This document shows, piece by piece, positions 28,337-32,000 of a DNA stretch of 32,000 bases. The stretch is taken from NCBI GenBank assembly GCA_030606485.1, contig JAUWGH010000007.1, positions 1 to 32,000 of the forward strand, given 5' to 3'. The notes beneath the pieces were generated by a model, which saw only the letters and a list, made by a program, of their open reading frames with translations, searched no databases and was not told where the DNA came from. A program made the position numbers and the translations under genes. Position 1 is the stretch's first letter; the number at the start of each line of letters is the position of its first letter. The DNA is from Promethearchaeota archaeon (GTDB taxonomy: Archaea; Asgardarchaeota; Lokiarchaeia; Sigyniarchaeales; SOKP01).

Positions 28337-29527
28337 ATGGATGAAATTATAGAAAAAGCAAAAGAACATTTCGAAATAATAGTAAGAGAGCAGTTAGAAA
28401 GAGTAAAAAGGTTAAAAAGTGAAAAGGATTGGATTGATTATTCTAAGTTAAAACCCATTATTATAGGGATTGTTGGAGGAGATGGTATTGGTCCTGAAAT
28501 TTCAAAGCATGCTAAAACAATATTTGAATTTCTTTTACAAGACGAGGTAAAAGATGGCAAAGTTGAATTGAGAGAAATTGAAGGATTAACAATTGAAAAT
28601 AGAGCAAAAGTAATGAAGGCAATACCAGATGATATTCTTGAAGAAATTAAAAAATGTCACGTTCTGTTAAAAGGTCCTACAACGACTCCTAGAAAGGGAG
28701 ATAAATGGCCTAACATTGAAAGCGCTAATGTATCAATGCGCCGTGAATTAGATCTTTTTGCAAATGTACGCCCCGTGAAAGTTCCCGAACTTGGTATTGA
28801 TTGGATGTTTTTCCGAGAAAATACTGAAGGAGCTTATATTTTAGGATCCAAAGGGGTAAACATCACTGAAGATCTCTCATTTGATTTTAAAGTAATTACA
28901 ACACAAGGAGCAGATCGTATAATCAGGCTAGCTTTTGATTATGCTAAAAAGAATAATATTAATAGAGTCACAGTTGTGACTAAAGCTAATGTAGTAAAAG
29001 CAACTGACGGGAAATTTCTTGACATGGCTGAAAAAATTGCTAAGGAATATCCCGAAGTTGAATGGGACGATTGGTATATTGACATTATGACTGCAAAATT
29101 AATAGACCCCGCTCGTCAATCTCAATTTAAGGTATTAGTAGCTCCCAATCTATATGGGGACATTATTACCGATGAGGCTGCACAAATCCAAGGTGGCGTT
29201 GGAACGGCAGGTAGTGCTAATATAGGTAAGAGATACTCCATGTTTGAAGCAATTCATGGATCAGCTCCACGTATGGTTGAAGAAGGTCGCTTAAAATATG
29301 CTAATCCCTCAAGTCTAATAAAAGCTTCAGCATTATTACTTAATCATATAGGTTTCATAGAAAAGGCGAAGAAATTGGAAATGACACTTGATATATGCGC
29401 AACATATGAGAAGAAATTAGTAATAACGGGAAGATCAAATGGCGCAACTGGGGAAGTTTTTGCAAAATATATAATGGAAACTCTCCAACATCTAAATTTA
29501 GAGGAAAAATGGAAAAGTTATCAATAG
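28337..29527 (+). CDS. Isocitrate/isopropylmalate-family dehydrogenase, probably isocitrate dehydrogenase
   Basis: GDGIGPEI, LKGPTTTP, SANVSMRRELDLFANVRP, TKANVVKATDG, NLYGDIITD, FEAIHGSAP. Substrate inferred only from gene context. Confidence 0.88.
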   Translation: MDEIIEKAKEHFEIIVREQLERVKRLKSEKDWIDYSKLKPIIIGIVGGDGIGPEISKHAKTIFEFLLQDEVKDGKVELREIEGLTIENRAKVMKAIPDDILEEIKKCHVLLKGPTTTPRKGDKWPNIESANVSMRRELDLFANVRPVKVPELGIDWMFFRENTEGAYILGSKGVNITEDLSFDFKVITTQGADRIIRLAFDYAKKNNINRVTVVTKANVVKATDGKFLDMAEKIAKEYPEVEWDDWYIDIMTAKLIDPARQSQFKVLVAPNLYGDIITDEAAQIQGGVGTAGSANIGKRYSMFEAIHGSAPRMVEEGRLKYANPSSLIKASALLLNHIGFIEKAKKLEMTLDICATYEKKLVITGRSNGATGEVFAKYIMETLQHLNLEEKWKSYQ

Positions 29528-29637
29528 ATTTAGAAATATTTCAAGAATTATTATATTTTATAAAATGTTTTTTTAATGAAAGAACTCTCTATTTAAAATT
29601 TTAATAATTTACAATAAGAAAAACAAGGAAAACAAAA

Positions 29638-30996
29638 ATGCCTAAAAAAAAAATAATTATAATAGGAGCACTTGGAATGGATTTTCATATTTTTAACACT
29701 GTCTTTAAAGATAATGAGGAATATGAGGTGATTGCATTTACAATTGCAGGAGAACAGAATATTGGAACAACTGAAGATGCAGAGAGAAAATATCCAGCTG
29801 AACTTGCAGGGAAATTATATCCTAATGGAATTCTAATGGTAACAGAGGTAAAATTGGAAGAATTAATTAAAACATATAAAGTAGATGAGGTGGTTTTTGC
29901 ATATTCTGATGTCTCACATGAAGAAGTCATGCATAAAGCTTCACGAGCTCTTGCTTCAGGAGGAGATTATCGTTTAATTTCAGGTAGAAATACTATGATT
30001 AAAGCTAATAAACCAATTATTTCAATTTGTGCTGTAAGGACTGGATGTGGGAAAAGTCAAGTATCTAGGGCTGTATATCGCTATTTAAAAAATAGAGGTT
30101 ATAAAGTTGTTGCGATCCGCGAACCAATGCCTTATGGAAATTTAATTGAACAAAATGTAATGCGTTTTGAAACTTATGAGGACTTGGATAAATTTAAATG
30201 CACTATTGAAGAGCGAGAAGAATATGAACCGTATATTAAACAAAGATTGGTAATTTATTCTGGAGTTGATTATGAAAAAATTATTCGGGAAGCAGAAAAA
30301 GAAGCAGATGTAATTATTTTCGATGGAGGCAATAACGAAATATCTTTCTATATTCCGGATTTACTTTTTGTTGTTGTAGATCCACTAAGACCCGGCCATG
30401 AAACGAAATATTATCCAGGGGAAGTAAACGCACGGATGGCAGATGCATTTGTTATTAACAAAATGAATAGTGCAAAAATAGAAGATGTTTTAAAAGTTGA
30501 AAAAAATCTCCAAGATTTAAATCCTGATGCGAAAAAGATTTTTACAAATTCTGTTGTTAGCTTAGAAAATTCTTATAACTTGAATGGTAAAAAAGTAATT
30601 GTAGTTGAAGACGGTCCTACTCTAACCCATGGGGGTATGTCGTATGGGGCAGGGTATGTCGCGGCAAAAAATAAAGGAGCTGTTATTATTGACCCAAAAC
30701 CTTATCTCACGGGTACATTGATAGAAATTTTTAAAGAATTCCCCCAAATTAAAGAAATTGTGCCTGCAATGGGATATAATGATCAACAAATAAAAGCTAT
30801 GGAAGAAACGCTTAATAAATCAAAATGTGATCTTATTGTTAATGGGAGTCCAATTGATCTTGCGAAGTTAATTAATTGTAACAAACCAATAGTTAGAGTC
30901 ACTTATGATATAGAAGCGGTAAGTAGTCCTACAATTGAGGAAGTTCTTGATGAATTCATTCAAAAGTTTTTAAAAAAACAAAACGGTAAAAATTAA
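29638..30996 (+). CDS. Cyclic 2,3-diphosphoglycerate synthetase-like P-loop protein
   Basis: AVRTGCGKSQ, IREPMPYG, TIEEREEYEP, DGGNN, EDGPTLTHGGMSYGAG, PAMGY. Confidence 0.82.
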   Translation: MPKKKIIIIGALGMDFHIFNTVFKDNEEYEVIAFTIAGEQNIGTTEDAERKYPAELAGKLYPNGILMVTEVKLEELIKTYKVDEVVFAYSDVSHEEVMHKASRALASGGDYRLISGRNTMIKANKPIISICAVRTGCGKSQVSRAVYRYLKNRGYKVVAIREPMPYGNLIEQNVMRFETYEDLDKFKCTIEEREEYEPYIKQRLVIYSGVDYEKIIREAEKEADVIIFDGGNNEISFYIPDLLFVVVDPLRPGHETKYYPGEVNARMADAFVINKMNSAKIEDVLKVEKNLQDLNPDAKKIFTNSVVSLENSYNLNGKKVIVVEDGPTLTHGGMSYGAGYVAAKNKGAVIIDPKPYLTGTLIEIFKEFPQIKEIVPAMGYNDQQIKAMEETLNKSKCDLIVNGSPIDLAKLINCNKPIVRVTYDIEAVSSPTIEEVLDEFIQKFLKKQNGKN

Positions 30997-31095
30997 AAAA
31001 AAAGAGAAAGAACAGAATTCAAATAGAAGTCCTATTGTTAATTAATAATTATTATTTTTTATTTTTTATAAGACAAATTTGAAGAAATTAATAGA

Positions 31096-32000
31096 ATGAA
31101 AATGTTGATTTTAGTAGAAAAAAAATATGAATTAAAAAAAATAGCAAGAGGTTATACAAATCGGACCCTTTATATCAATTTAACAAAAAATGAAATCGTA
31201 ATTAAACCAATTACCAATGAAATGAAAGATAGATTTATTGGTGGCAAAGGATTCGATCTTTGGCTTATGTGGAATGCTCTACCTAAAGACCGAATTGTAA
31301 AATGGGATGATCCAGAAAATGAAATTTGTATCTCATCTGGTCCGCTTGGAGGTAACACATTTTACCCGGGTTCTGGAAAATCAATAGTCACAACAATATC
31401 TCCATTAACAGGTATAATAATTGATAGTAATGTTGGTGGTTATTTTGGGCCATATTTGAAATTTTCTGGATTTGATGCACTGGAAATTCATGGAAAAGCA
31501 AAACAAGAAATCATAATTTTTATTGATGGAATAAATGGAATTATTCGCATTGAAGAAATAAATGATTTTGAAAATCTTTCAAATGACTCTCATTTACTCA
31601 CGCAACAATTAACGGAAAAATATGCAAAAGATGAAAATGAAAAAACTCAAATTTCTGTTGTAAGTACTGGTCCAGCTTCTAAACATACCAAATGGGGAAT
31701 GTTAAATTTCTCTTGGTATAGTCGCAAGCGTAAATGGGCTTCATGTAAACAAGCAGGACGCGGTGGAGTTGGAACTGTCTTTGCTGATAAAAATATCAAA
31801 GCTTTAATTTGTCGGTCTCCAAAAGTTGATTTAAAAATAAATAATCCAGCAGATTTTGATACAGCTCGTAAGATCGGTAAAAAATATAACCAAGAGATTA
31901 TTAAATATGATCCAATACAAAATGAAATGAGATCTGTGGGAACAGGACATCTCCCAGGGATCATGAATGTATATGATCTTCTCCCAACTGAAAATTTTCG
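31096..32000 (+). CDS. aor: Aldehyde:ferredoxin oxidoreductase family protein, partial (runs off the window end; absent from the ORF track)
   Basis: Hand translation from ATG 31096: GYTNRTLYINLT, FIGGKGFDLWLMW, SGPLGG, ISPLTGIIIDSNVGGYFGPYLKFSGFDALEIHGK, KQAGRGGVGTVFADKNIKA. Confidence 0.92.
   Translation, partial: MKMLILVEKKYELKKIARGYTNRTLYINLTKNEIVIKPITNEMKDRFIGGKGFDLWLMWNALPKDRIVKWDDPENEICISSGPLGGNTFYPGSGKSIVTTISPLTGIIIDSNVGGYFGPYLKFSGFDALEIHGKAKQEIIIFIDGINGIIRIEEINDFENLSNDSHLLTQQLTEKYAKDENEKTQISVVSTGPASKHTKWGMLNFSWYSRKRKWASCKQAGRGGVGTVFADKNIKALICRSPKVDLKINNPADFDTARKIGKKYNQEIIKYDPIQNEMRSVGTGHLPGIMNVYDLLPTENF

Noticed and set aside
15733-31964. Remaining short overlapping ORFs (15733, 16612, 17710, 18255, 22072, 24182, 27627, 27948, 29685, 31170, 31647)
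   Set aside because: Antisense or out-of-frame shadows of supported genes; the last two are opposite the AOR gene.

Overview
AT-rich archaeal window, most likely Asgard (Lokiarchaeia-like). This assignment is inferred from an archaeal 16S 3' end together with a Rab-like GTPase, a tandem Roadblock protein, a RING-finger protein and a uDENN/longin-like domain. The window starts with the 3' end of 16S rRNA and tRNA-Ala(UGC), with no 23S gene following. It then carries housekeeping genes (YchF/Obg NTPase, thermosome, Tsr3, SUI1, PIMT, PfkB kinase, RPA, MfnB) and a metabolic block (aconitase, two-subunit ATP-citrate lyase, isocitrate-type dehydrogenase, cDPGS-like protein, partial AOR). Main finding: the ychF gene is interrupted inside its P-loop by a 47-nt intron (2547-2593, minus strand) that folds into a bulge-helix-bulge (BHB) motif. 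Cutting at the standard endonuclease positions restores the frame and the G1 motif, so this is a candidate spliced mRNA intron. All four tRNA genes also carry BHB-type introns at non-canonical sites (six tRNA introns in total). Other notable items are an 892-bp non-autonomous transposon (24-bp TIRs, perfect 8-bp TSD) carrying only a methyltransferase, and an 822-aa GIY-YIG protein whose ORF runs into tRNA-Asn. All calls are by eye from motifs; no database searches were run.
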